From Victivallaceae bacterium (GTDB lineage: Bacteria; Verrucomicrobiota; Lentisphaeria; Victivallales; Victivallaceae): a stretch of 64,000 nucleotides of DNA. Where the stretch lies: positions 4,160 through 68,159 of the forward strand of contig JAZSHD010000236.1 in NCBI GenBank assembly GCA_045533055.1, given 5' to 3'. Below are positions 26,459-36,129 of the stretch, in pieces (position 1 is the first letter of the stretch; each line of letters begins with the position of its first letter). Made by a program: the position numbers and the translations under genes. The notes beneath the pieces were generated by a model that had not been told where the DNA came from, made no database searches, and saw only the letters and a list, made by a program, of their open reading frames with translations.

Positions 26459-27486
26459 TTCTCCGCAGCTTTTTTGCGGCAATCGTTCAGTATCCGCATA
26501 AGTTCCATGCTCTCATGCAAAGGTACATAGGCGGGTTTGTTTCCGGCAAAATAGTCGTATATATAGTTGTAATAACTGGGTACATCCCAACTATCCACCG
26601 GCAGAGTTTCGGTTATCCAGGGTATGTTGGTTTCTATGGAATATGCCCGATCCTGTGCGGCGAGAGTTTTCTGCATTTCCAGCTCCGGCAAAGTGCCCGG
26701 CTCGATGTAGTTTATCACCCAGGATTTGGCATTGGCACAATACTTGGCACTGCCCAGCGTACCGAAAACCTCCCATGTATCAGTACGGACGGCGGAACCC
26801 AGATTGATTTCCACCGTGCCGCTGACTCCGGAAGAAGATTTCAAAAGCACACTTACCAGATCCTCGGCATCGCCGATGCCCACAGTACGCTGCATGACCG
26901 CACCCTTGACTTCCACGGTGCCGCCGAATGCAGCAAGGAACTGGTCTATATAGTGTGCTCCATAATTATTGAGCATACCGCCGCCGCAATCAACTCTGCT
27001 CTGCCAGTCGTTACGCCGGTTGTAAAACTCCAACACCCGCCGGGAGTGGGTGATAGTACCCAGCTTTTGCCGCACACTTTTCTGGAACATAAGGTATTCG
27101 CCCCAGTTCCGGTGGGGCTGGTAGAGCATGAGTTTGCCATTGGTGCGTTTTACTGCTTCGGCAACTTCTTGAGCGGCGGCGAGAGATTCGCACATGGGTT
27201 TTTCCAGAAAAACCATCAAGTTCCGTTCCAACGCCGCAACAGTTTGGGGTTTGTGGAACAAAGTGGGCGAAGCGATCACCGCCATATCGGCAGAGTTTTC
27301 CGCTGCGAGCATTTCGTCAAAATCAGCATAGGTGCGGATCCCGGGGTATTCGGCGGCGGCCTCGTTGCGGCGTTCTTCCACCGGGTCGGATATTGCCAGC
27401 AAGTTGAAGCGGCTGTCTGCTTTTATCTGGGGCAGATGGTAACGCCACGCAATGCGTCCCAAGCCGGAAACTACAACATTTATCAT
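26455..27486 (-). CDS. Gfo/Idh/MocA family oxidoreductase
   Basis: MINVVVSGLGRIAWRYHLPQI Rossmann N-terminus with the EKP motif (VFLEKPM). ATG 27486 is preceded by GAGGAG. Confidence 0.88.
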   Translation of the reverse strand: MINVVVSGLGRIAWRYHLPQIKADSRFNLLAISDPVEERRNEAAAEYPGIRTYADFDEMLAAENSADMAVIASPTLFHKPQTVAALERNLMVFLEKPMCESLAAAQEVAEAVKRTNGKLMLYQPHRNWGEYLMFQKSVRQKLGTITHSRRVLEFYNRRNDWQSRVDCGGGMLNNYGAHYIDQFLAAFGGTVEVKGAVMQRTVGIGDAEDLVSVLLKSSSGVSGTVEINLGSAVRTDTWEVFGTLGSAKYCANAKSWVINYIEPGTLPELEMQKTLAAQDRAYSIETNIPWITETLPVDSWDVPSYYNYIYDYFAGNKPAYVPLHESMELMRILNDCRKKAAEK

Positions 27487-27497
27487 AAATAAACTCC

Positions 27498-30400
27498 TCA
27501 ATCAACCAGTTTGAACTGGAACTGGTTGCCGGTAAAATAGGATTTACCGGGTACCAGCGTGTAATTATCGCTTTTGCCCTGCTCCAAACGGTTACGCATC
27601 AAGTTAAAAGGCACAAGTTTACCCTTTTCGGGCTTGCCGCCCAACACGCTCCACGGTACCGTTATCAGGCAAGTCCATGCTCCATCCCGGAGCGTGTATT
27701 TGGTCTTGACATCGCTGCCGGGGTGGATGATGTTTTTATCGCCGGCTTTCCGCAGCAAAGTCATATCTTCAGCATAGCGGCAGTCGGTGGTGTCGATGAT
27801 CATGTGATAGAGCATCCCCGGATCGTTGGTCTTTCCGGCAAAGAACTCCACGCTGTCGCAGAACCACGGCTTGTTGATCTTGCTGCCCTCGGTATTGGGC
27901 TTGCGGCCGGGGACTTCTTCGGCAGTGTAATGAAAATAGAGGTTTTTATCGTCCCAGCCCGCATGGACTTGGGTCTTCAAAGGTGCCATAGTCAATTTGG
28001 TGGCGTGCAAATTACCCAAAGACTGCAAATTTTTGACCGTGGGTTTGCCGGTGATCTTTTTGAATTCGATCACGGCGGTCTGGAGTTTGCCCAGCTGTAT
28101 GGGCTGGGCGGCGGCAGCTCCGGCGGGGAGTTCATCTGCAACCGCCAGCACTTCCAGCTCCAGCGAACGGTTGGGGCAAATATCTTCCATATACAGCGTC
28201 AACGCCATTTTGCCGTTCCAGTCGTTGGGGGCACCCAAGGCTTGCATATCCAGCCACAACTCTTTAGTTTCGGCGGTTTTGTTTATCACCAGATCATCCA
28301 GCATATAGATATTGTTGCAAACGCCTTTTTTGCCCCAGTGATTGGGGCGTTTGGATTTGCGTTTATCGGTCTGCAAGCCCAAACCGGCGGCGGTTCGGTG
28401 AGTGTACCCATTGCCGGAAGCAAAGTCCAATATCAAACCGGCAAAGACCGTGTGGCGGCTGGCACGCACCACATGGCTCTGGGGCTTGAGGCCGTAGGTG
28501 TTGTAGTAAATAAAACCGTTTTTGAGCCGCACTTTCACATAGCGTTTGGCGTGAAACTCCAGCATGGCACCGGTGCGGTTGAAGTGGTTTTCGATATTCC
28601 GCAAAGTAGTGATATGCAATGCAAGTTTACTGCTGTCAACTCTGGCTTCCGAAGCACCGGTGCTGGAAAGGGTGCCTTGAGCATAAACTTTTATGTTATT
28701 GACGGTTTTATCGACTTTTTCGATTTTCTGTTTATCCTTGAGGTCGATCAATATGGGCAGGAATTTCGTGGGCTTGCCCAGCTTGGGGAGCTTGATATTT
28801 TTGCTCAATTTGCCCGCTTTGACCGTATAAACTCCGGGGCGGATGGTGTCGGGCAAATCCAGCGAGAAACTGCCGTTGCGGGCAAGCACCAGATTGCCTT
28901 CGTTGTAAATGGTTACCGGCACATTGGCGGGTGCAACCTTTACAACCAAAGTGCGTTTTTTGCGAACTACGCTCAAACTCTTGACCTTGACTTCATCTGC
29001 CGGAGCAACGGCAAGTTCGATATTGCTGACACCTTTGCCAACTTTGACTACCGCCCAACGCATGTTGTTTTCGATCCTCAAATCAGCCTTGACCGGTTGA
29101 CCGTTGACCTTGACTTCTTTGATGGCTTGATTTTCTTCCAGCAGCAGACCGATTTCGGCAGAAGTGTATTCGCTTTTTACGGTAAATTTGCCGTTATCTC
29201 CATCAAGTTCGATGCCCGGCTGACCGGCAAGGTAGTAGTGCGACGGCTCATTTTCGATACTCAAAACTGCCGCCGGCACCTGGCTGAACATAAGCACTTG
29301 AGCTTCGTTGACTTTGAGCGGCACTTTCACGCTGATGCGTTCCGCATACTTTTGCTTGCCAAGATAATGCGGCACCACCGCCCGGTCGGTTATCCAGCCG
29401 GTTTGGGCGTAGGCTTTTGCCAGCTGGGGTTCGCCGAACATACCTTTATATTTTTTGCCGTTTTTGATGGTGTATCGCCAAATGTAAATGGGTTTGGCGG
29501 GGTCTTTGATATTCAAAGGTTTGGTCAATGCGGAAATTTCCCGGACTTCCGGCTTGGTGATGTGGGGATTGACGAAGATCCAGCCGTTGTTGAGCTGCTG
29601 AAGGGTCATACATTCCACATTTTCTTTGGCATCCATCCGCCAGTCGGGCTTAACATCGGCATCGGTGATCTGGGCTTGCCGGATCTCGTATCTGGCTCCG
29701 ATAAAGGGTATATCCGCAGCGGAGAGCGAACGGCTGTTGTATGAAGCCACCACCCCGATACCTGCCATGTAGTTGTGGAAAGCTCCATCCACCCCCGGCA
29801 GCCAGTAGATATATACCGAGTGGTGCAGCGGGTCTTTGTAGGCAAACATCTTGAACTTCCACATCAATATCGCCCCCCGCCGCCATTCGTTGGTCAGCGT
29901 GCCGCCGAAACTTTCCAGATAACCGATGTCCCCCAGCGGGTTTTCGCTGTGGTTGAAGAAGATTATCCGGTTGGGGTCACGCTTCTGTATGGCATTACGC
30001 ACTGCCAGATAAAAATCGGTCTGCCCCATGGGGTCGTCGATCTGCATGGTGTCCCAATCTTTGGCGAAAGCTCCCGACTTGCCGCCATCCAGATACCATG
30101 CATCCTGATTGTAGGCGTTGACGAATTTTTCGATCTGATCCACCGCCTCGTCCCGGGAATCTTTGAATTTCCAAAACCGCAAATAGTTGACATTCACTCC
30201 GGGGAACCAGGAAGCCGGCGACCCGTTGCGGAGCGTTTTTACAAACCATTCCGGGTGATTTTTTACCGGGGTGCTCCAGGGGAATGCACTCCAGAACCAG
30301 GTGTAATAAGCCAATTTCAGATTGGGTGCGATTTTTTGCAATCTGGCAACTTTCTCCCGCAGTTCATCGGCGGTGCTGCGGTTGCCGAACCAGCCGTAAA

Positions 30401-32363
30401 CGGCATCGCCTTCGGAAATGACATCGCCCCAGATGCCGTTGGAGTCGTACATCGCTGGATCAATAAGATACCCCCGGGGGGAGAAGGCTCTGTTCATATT
30501 TTCCGCATAACGCATACTGCTGCCGTGGTAAGCGCCGTTCCAGCCGGTGGACATGGTGCAGCGGAGATCCCGCAGCCATGCCGGACGCTTGACTTGCGAG
30601 CGGTAAGCGGCGGCTTCGGGCGTAGAAATATATTCGTCGTAGGCTTTGAGCATACCGCCATCGGTAATGGAAAAACGGTTTTCAAAGCTGTGTACTTTCC
30701 GGTCAAGGGGCACAATGGCTGCCGAAGTTATACGCCAGCCGTTGGCACGGAAGACCTGGAGATTTTCCTCTTCGGTGCCCACATCCATATAGGTAAAGCG
30801 GTCGTTGAACTTGAACCGGGTGTGCCAGATGACCTGACGGGTCACGGCATTTTCAAAGCCGATGGTGGGTATATTGGTAAAGCTGCGATCCATCTGCACT
30901 TCATTAGCAGGCAGGCGGAACATGCCGATCGCCACAGCGGTACCGGGCATTTCGTAAAAGCCCTGACTGCGGAACTTCTGCTCCAGAATAACATCGGTTG
31001 CCAGCCGCAGGAATTTGCGTTCTTTCATGCCTTTATCAATAACTTCGACCTTTTCAAACAAGGCATTTTTTACTACATAGTATGTACGCCGCAGTTCCAG
31101 CTGGGGCAATGCATCGTTGGTTACAGTCACCACCAGTTTGCCGTCAGGAGTTTGGATGCTTTTTACTTTATCCCGATTGCCGTCAACAACTGTATCCTTT
31201 GCCCGGGTCTGCAAGGTGTAAATGGGGGTCATACGCTGAACGATGAGCTTGTTTTTGTAGTATAGACCATTGACCACGCCGTTGGATTTAGCAACAAAAA
31301 GTTTGTAATCGCCCTGCTGGAAGATGGCGTAATTTCTGCTGTTGCGTTCCGGCATGGGTACGCCGTTATCGTAATTGAGTTCGGCGGCTTTTACGATCTC
31401 TGCTTCGGTGGGGGTGTGGCCGAAAAATTCCACTTCCGAAAATTCCACCGGAAAGTCCGACCGGGGCCGGGTGGCTTTAAGCCGGATAAATCTGCCTACA
31501 ATGGGTTTGTCCTTGCTTTTGAAAGTATATTCCACCAGTCTGGCTTTGGTGCCGCTATCTTCGTTGCGCAAGATCCCTGCCGGAACAAAGTCCTTGTCGT
31601 CAATGCCCGAAAAGATGGCGATCTCCGCAAAGTTGTGGGAGGGTGCCGAGTTGGCAGAAACTTTGATTTCGTCAATGGTGAACTTGCCCCCCAGATCGAA
31701 AGTGATGAACGGGTCGTCGCTGAACTGCCGGTAATGGATGTTTTTCTTTTTGTTGCCGTCGGTCAGGGTGGTGCCGTTTTCGCCGCTGGTGGGTTTGGCG
31801 CCGTTGTGGACATATTTCATAACTTTAAGCTGCCGGGTGCCGCTGGTTTTGGGCAGGAGTTTGAAGTCGGCAAACTCCATAAATTTGCCCTTGGCTGACA
31901 TATTTGCATAGGGCGTGATACGCATAGAGTGTGTTTCGTTGAAAGTTACGGTATTGCCCCGTTGAGCGGTAAAACTGTCTTTATCCAGCGGGATCACCAC
32001 TTTTGACCACTTTTGGCCTTTGCCGGAAGCAAACTTGCCGTGAACTCTGCCGGTTTGGCTTTCCAGAAAAATCGTCATGCCTTTGCCGGAAATATTGTGC
32101 CGCACATAAAACTCAATGGCAGAGTATTTGCCGAAATCCACCGGCGGAGTGAATTTACCCACTGCCCCCTGATATTTACCCGCAGCCGTCGCTTCGATGT
32201 GGACAGCATTTTTGCCGCCGGGACCTTTTACGGCACTGACTTCGGGTGCCGAAACCGCTTTAGCCTGATACCCCGACCACTCAATAACAGGGGCAAAAGG
32301 TTTATCAACAGCACCCAGGGTCAATGCTGTAAAACTCAAAATGATATATGCAAGAAATCTCAT
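27498..32363 (-). CDS. very large secreted multidomain glycan-active protein (discoidin/F5-8-type-C-like module, central glycosidase-like region, C-terminal CBM9-like module)
   Basis: 1621 aa. Signal MRFLAYIILSFTALTLGA. LTDGNKKKNIHYRQFSDDPFITFDLGGKFTIDEIKV resembles a discoidin domain. The C-terminal WDDKNLYFHYTAEE...WFCDSVEFFAG resembles CBM9. Confidence 0.6.
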   Translation of the reverse strand: MRFLAYIILSFTALTLGAVDKPFAPVIEWSGYQAKAVSAPEVSAVKGPGGKNAVHIEATAAGKYQGAVGKFTPPVDFGKYSAIEFYVRHNISGKGMTIFLESQTGRVHGKFASGKGQKWSKVVIPLDKDSFTAQRGNTVTFNETHSMRITPYANMSAKGKFMEFADFKLLPKTSGTRQLKVMKYVHNGAKPTSGENGTTLTDGNKKKNIHYRQFSDDPFITFDLGGKFTIDEIKVSANSAPSHNFAEIAIFSGIDDKDFVPAGILRNEDSGTKARLVEYTFKSKDKPIVGRFIRLKATRPRSDFPVEFSEVEFFGHTPTEAEIVKAAELNYDNGVPMPERNSRNYAIFQQGDYKLFVAKSNGVVNGLYYKNKLIVQRMTPIYTLQTRAKDTVVDGNRDKVKSIQTPDGKLVVTVTNDALPQLELRRTYYVVKNALFEKVEVIDKGMKERKFLRLATDVILEQKFRSQGFYEMPGTAVAIGMFRLPANEVQMDRSFTNIPTIGFENAVTRQVIWHTRFKFNDRFTYMDVGTEEENLQVFRANGWRITSAAIVPLDRKVHSFENRFSITDGGMLKAYDEYISTPEAAAYRSQVKRPAWLRDLRCTMSTGWNGAYHGSSMRYAENMNRAFSPRGYLIDPAMYDSNGIWGDVISEGDAVYGWFGNRSTADELREKVARLQKIAPNLKLAYYTWFWSAFPWSTPVKNHPEWFVKTLRNGSPASWFPGVNVNYLRFWKFKDSRDEAVDQIEKFVNAYNQDAWYLDGGKSGAFAKDWDTMQIDDPMGQTDFYLAVRNAIQKRDPNRIIFFNHSENPLGDIGYLESFGGTLTNEWRRGAILMWKFKMFAYKDPLHHSVYIYWLPGVDGAFHNYMAGIGVVASYNSRSLSAADIPFIGARYEIRQAQITDADVKPDWRMDAKENVECMTLQQLNNGWIFVNPHITKPEVREISALTKPLNIKDPAKPIYIWRYTIKNGKKYKGMFGEPQLAKAYAQTGWITDRAVVPHYLGKQKYAERISVKVPLKVNEAQVLMFSQVPAAVLSIENEPSHYYLAGQPGIELDGDNGKFTVKSEYTSAEIGLLLEENQAIKEVKVNGQPVKADLRIENNMRWAVVKVGKGVSNIELAVAPADEVKVKSLSVVRKKRTLVVKVAPANVPVTIYNEGNLVLARNGSFSLDLPDTIRPGVYTVKAGKLSKNIKLPKLGKPTKFLPILIDLKDKQKIEKVDKTVNNIKVYAQGTLSSTGASEARVDSSKLALHITTLRNIENHFNRTGAMLEFHAKRYVKVRLKNGFIYYNTYGLKPQSHVVRASRHTVFAGLILDFASGNGYTHRTAAGLGLQTDKRKSKRPNHWGKKGVCNNIYMLDDLVINKTAETKELWLDMQALGAPNDWNGKMALTLYMEDICPNRSLELEVLAVADELPAGAAAAQPIQLGKLQTAVIEFKKITGKPTVKNLQSLGNLHATKLTMAPLKTQVHAGWDDKNLYFHYTAEEVPGRKPNTEGSKINKPWFCDSVEFFAGKTNDPGMLYHMIIDTTDCRYAEDMTLLRKAGDKNIIHPGSDVKTKYTLRDGAWTCLITVPWSVLGGKPEKGKLVPFNLMRNRLEQGKSDNYTLVPGKSYFTGNQFQFKLVD

Positions 32364-32398
32364 AATTCACACTCTTGATTCTTTGCAAAATTTATTCT

Positions 32399-33076
32399 TT
32401 ACTCTTCAATTACAGTAAGATAAGCACTGTACTTATCCTTGACCGTCCCTTGATTATAGTTTTTGCGGGCTATACTGTCTTTATGCTCGTTTTCCACATG
32501 CCCATCGGCAAAAAGTGTATTGAACGATCTGTTATGCCGGGCATGGATATTGCCGTTGGTTTTGTTAAGCCCCATGTAAATAATGTAGCTCCCGCGCTGC
32601 GGATTACTGGAACCCGGATTTACCGAGTCGTGGATAAAACCGTATTCGCTGGGATTTTGCATTTTAAGCCGGTTGGGGGTGTTGACCGGAGTGATGTTGC
32701 CCAAACGCATACCATAAGTAGTGGACGGATAAACATATCCGCTTTCCGGTTCAGATGGGTGTGAAGGACAATAAAACAGTTTTCCGAAATCTTTGTTGGC
32801 TTCACCCTCGTTGAACATCAATGCCAGACGCTTTGACCATTGTACTTTGTTGTCGTCGGTTTCTGTAATTTGGGCAGGCGGGAAGTATTCTCCTTCGCAA
32901 CTGTCAGCATACATATTTACATAAGTACCAAGATTTTTCATATTAGATGAACACGATGATGTCCGTGCCCGCTCCCGGGCGGCTGACAATGCCGGCAACA
33001 GCATGGCCGCCAGGATGGCGATAATGGCGATAACCACAAGGAGTTCGATGAGAGTGAAACTGGTTCTGCTTTTCAT
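32399..33076 (-). CDS. prepilin-type N-terminal cleavage/methylation domain protein, H-X9-DG family
   Basis: [38 protein letters not shown], with C-terminal [16 protein letters not shown] (exact H-X9-DG). ATG 33076 is preferred over the TTG at 33109. Confidence 0.88.
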   Translation of the reverse strand: MKSRTSFTLIELLVVIAIIAILAAMLLPALSAARERARTSSCSSNMKNLGTYVNMYADSCEGEYFPPAQITETDDNKVQWSKRLALMFNEGEANKDFGKLFYCPSHPSEPESGYVYPSTTYGMRLGNITPVNTPNRLKMQNPSEYGFIHDSVNPGSSNPQRGSYIIYMGLNKTNGNIHARHNRSFNTLFADGHVENEHKDSIARKNYNQGTVKDKYSAYLTVIEE

Positions 33077-33290
33077 GACCTTTACCTTTCTATTGTTTAT
33101 ATAAGTCAACTTATTGATATTCCTCTATTAATATACAATAAAATCACGCCTTTGTGAATAGATGATATTTTGAATATCATATATATTTTTACGATTTAAG
33201 AATAAAATTATAAAAATATTATATCATTGCTTGACAAATCAAAAATCCAATACTATTGTAAACACAAACACGCCTTGGGGAATTTGCATT

Positions 33291-34133
33291 ATGAAGCCTC
33301 TGGAATATGTAGAAAACGCCATCGTGCAGCTGGAAAATTATCTGAAATTGCCCATAACCATCGTTGACCACGACGGTTGGTTCAACAATCGTCAGAACAG
33401 AAGAATTTTCAACGAAGTCCGCAAGTCGCACCGCAAACTTGCATTGTGCGATATGGTTTTCTGTGCCCGGTGCCGTGCCAACTGCCGTTATAAGATCAAC
33501 AATCTTTGCATGAATGAGCCATATTCACACTATACCGTTTGCTGGCAGAATTTCGGACAGATCGCCGTGCCGCTGCGGCACAACAACATCCATTACGGCA
33601 TACTTTATGCCGGACTTTTCCGGAACACCGCAAATCCCCCCGCCGGAATGACGGAAGAGTTTTGCCGTGCCTATAAAGCTTTGCCGTTATACAACAAAGA
33701 ACGCATTGCAGAATTTATGCAGGTGCTGGATATGTTCGGCAGGGGCTTGATCGACTATCTTTGCGAAGAAAATATCGTTGACCTTGATTACGATGCCCGC
33801 TTCCGCAAACTTATTGAGTATCTGGGAAATAACTATCAGCAGAATATCTCGCTGGACGATGTCGCCGGACTGCTGGAGCTCTCTCCAGCATACGCCAGCA
33901 GTTTTATCAAGCAATCATCCGGCTGCAACTTTTCGCAGTTACTGCGGGCAATACGCATTGAACACGCCAAAGAAATGCTGACTTTATCGGGTAAAAACCT
34001 GCGGGAAATCGCCAGGATGTGCGGTTTTTCCAGCGAATTTCATTTAAGCAAAGTATTCAAACAGCAATCCGGCGAAAGCCCCTCTGAATTCCGCAAACGC
34101 AAAAAAACAGCCCACAGACCGTTGCCCAAGTAA
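33291..34133 (+). CDS. AraC family transcriptional regulator with PocR-like Cys-rich N-terminal sensor domain
   Basis: The C-terminal double HTH (LSLDDVAGLLELSPAYASSFIKQ...REIARMCGFSSEFHLSKVFKQ) is AraC-type. The N-terminal CDMVFCARCRANC...CWQNFGQIAVPL...GILYAGLF resembles PocR. Start taken at ATG 33291. Confidence 0.8.
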   Translation: MKPLEYVENAIVQLENYLKLPITIVDHDGWFNNRQNRRIFNEVRKSHRKLALCDMVFCARCRANCRYKINNLCMNEPYSHYTVCWQNFGQIAVPLRHNNIHYGILYAGLFRNTANPPAGMTEEFCRAYKALPLYNKERIAEFMQVLDMFGRGLIDYLCEENIVDLDYDARFRKLIEYLGNNYQQNISLDDVAGLLELSPAYASSFIKQSSGCNFSQLLRAIRIEHAKEMLTLSGKNLREIARMCGFSSEFHLSKVFKQQSGESPSEFRKRKKTAHRPLPK

Positions 34134-34161
34134 TGCCATGGCTCCGGCTCGTCGCAAGCGG

Positions 34162-35586
34162 TTACCTGCTGCTTTTTTTCAGTTCACGCAATTTGGCTGC
34201 CTGGGGCATTTTTTTGTAAAAATCATCCAGCGGGAAACAACCGGAGATCATGCCGTGGCGGGGGCCGTTGGTACATTCTCCGAAAGTCCGGCAGATGCGG
34301 CGGCGATCCAATACTTTGCCAGCCAGAGCGTCAGCGGGCATTTGCGGGTAGGATAAGACCATTCTGCCGATACCGGCAAAATCAGCGTAATTATTTTCCA
34401 CAATATACTCTGCTGCCGCCGGTAAATATTCCTGCAAAGCGGTCAGGCCGGAAGCTGTTAATTTTATTTCCGGACAAAGTTCCTTCAGGCGTTTGGCTGC
34501 CGCAATGTGCCTCGATACATTGTAAAGGGGATTTTCCGGCATCAGATAGCCGTCGGCAACGGCGTACCAGGCGGGCCGCTGCATGTGCACATTGTAGTAA
34601 GGGCTGCCGATAGTGCCCACTATAAGCTCAAAATCGTATTGTTTGAGAAGCTGGGCAAATTTGATTACTTCGGTCAGGTTTTCATCCATATTCATACCGT
34701 CAACTGCGGCACCGAATGCGTATTTGGCATATTCGCTGCCCGGTTCCGCCATGGGTTTGCCGACCTTGTCTTCGCCTTTGATAAAGGGCAATATATCAAA
34801 TATGCTCAAGCGGCAGCCCAGCCCCAGACCGGGGCAATCCCGTTTGATCCCTTCCACGATCTCCCGGAAAAAACGGGTGCGGTTTTCAAAACTCCCGCCG
34901 TATGCTCCGGGGCGGTCAACGGCACTTAAAAACTCGTGCCCCAGATAACCGTGTGCCTGTTTTATATCCACAAAATCATAACCGGCAGCTTGTGCCATTT
35001 TAGCGGCATTGACAAAGTTTTCCACGATACCGGCGATCTCGCCGTCAGTGACCACATTGGCGGCACTGTTGTTGAATTTTTTATCCAGCAGCGGGTGTGA
35101 GTAAGCAGTGCGGCTTTCCAGTTTGGCATCGTCGTTGGGGTGGGCGTATCTGCCGGAGTGAGTGAGCTGCAAGCCGATAACAGCCCCAGAGCCATAGAGA
35201 TTCCGGCGGATCTTACGCATTTCCTTTACCGAATCTGCCAGCACCGGCAATGATTTTTCACTGACCAGCAGCTGCCGGGGATTGCTGCGTCCTTCGTGCA
35301 TAACGGCAGCGGCTTCCACCCCGGCGATCAATGAAGCTCCGCTGGCAGCAAAGTTTTTCCAACGGCGTAAAGTGTATTCAGTAGGTACACCTGCTGCATC
35401 GCAATCCCAGCCTTCCATGGGCAAAATCGCCCAGCGGTTGTCCAGCGTTTTGCCGTAAAGAGTGATGCTTTGCTTCATGGCGTTGGTGCCATTGGCAAAA
35501 CCGATGTTGATTTTTTCTTCGCTCAAATATTGCTGAAACTCCTGCAACGAGGCAAATTCAGCAACTTTCCGGTAATCACCAGCCAT
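34162..35586 (-). CDS. NADH:flavin oxidoreductase (Old Yellow Enzyme / 2,4-dienoyl-CoA-reductase-like) family protein
   Basis: LQLTHSGRYAHP and DFVDIKQAHGYLGHEFLS are hallmark OYE-family motifs. A Cys-containing C-terminal extension is present. Confidence 0.82.
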   Translation of the reverse strand: MAGDYRKVAEFASLQEFQQYLSEEKINIGFANGTNAMKQSITLYGKTLDNRWAILPMEGWDCDAAGVPTEYTLRRWKNFAASGASLIAGVEAAAVMHEGRSNPRQLLVSEKSLPVLADSVKEMRKIRRNLYGSGAVIGLQLTHSGRYAHPNDDAKLESRTAYSHPLLDKKFNNSAANVVTDGEIAGIVENFVNAAKMAQAAGYDFVDIKQAHGYLGHEFLSAVDRPGAYGGSFENRTRFFREIVEGIKRDCPGLGLGCRLSIFDILPFIKGEDKVGKPMAEPGSEYAKYAFGAAVDGMNMDENLTEVIKFAQLLKQYDFELIVGTIGSPYYNVHMQRPAWYAVADGYLMPENPLYNVSRHIAAAKRLKELCPEIKLTASGLTALQEYLPAAAEYIVENNYADFAGIGRMVLSYPQMPADALAGKVLDRRRICRTFGECTNGPRHGMISGCFPLDDFYKKMPQAAKLRELKKSSR

Positions 35587-35589
35587 ATA

Positions 35590-36129
35590 TCAAAACCTCT
35601 TGTTTTTCTTTATATGAGTTATAATAAGTTTGCAATCTTCCAAAACATTGTATTCGTGGTACAGCAAAGCGTCGAACTGCAATGACATGCCCCGTTCCAG
35701 CTTGTACTTCTGCCCGGCAACCGTGATTTCCACTACGCCTTCCTGCACCCAGCACATTTCCGAATCTTCCCGGTGAACCGAGGGCGTACAAAGTCTTGCT
35801 CCGGCGGCGGCAGCGGCAGTCATGCAGCGGATATTGCCGTAGCTGACCCGCCGGAAGGTAAAACCATCGTTGCAGTAATCCTGTTCAACGACCTGCTGGG
35901 CGGTGCGTTTTTCCGCCAACGCCAGAAGATCCGATAAATTCATGGAAAATGCCTGTGCAAGTTTGTAAAGTGTTTCCAATTCTGCCTTGTTCCAGTTCCG
36001 TTCCAGCTTGCTTATAACGCTGGCGGATACCCCGGAGCGTTCGCTTAAATCAGCTATGCTCCACTGAAACTGCCGCCGAAGCTGCCGCAATACGCCGAAA
36101 TCCCACCGCTTTTCCTGTAAATTAGTCAT
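35590..36129 (-). CDS. XRE-family HTH plus cupin domain transcriptional regulator
   Basis: WSIADLSERSGVSASVISKLERN is an XRE-type HTH, and the C-terminal half is cupin-like. ATG 36129 overlaps the stop of the upstream FAD-protein gene (ATGACTAA). Confidence 0.78.
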   Translation of the reverse strand: MTNLQEKRWDFGVLRQLRRQFQWSIADLSERSGVSASVISKLERNWNKAELETLYKLAQAFSMNLSDLLALAEKRTAQQVVEQDYCNDGFTFRRVSYGNIRCMTAAAAAGARLCTPSVHREDSEMCWVQEGVVEITVAGQKYKLERGMSLQFDALLYHEYNVLEDCKLIITHIKKNKRF

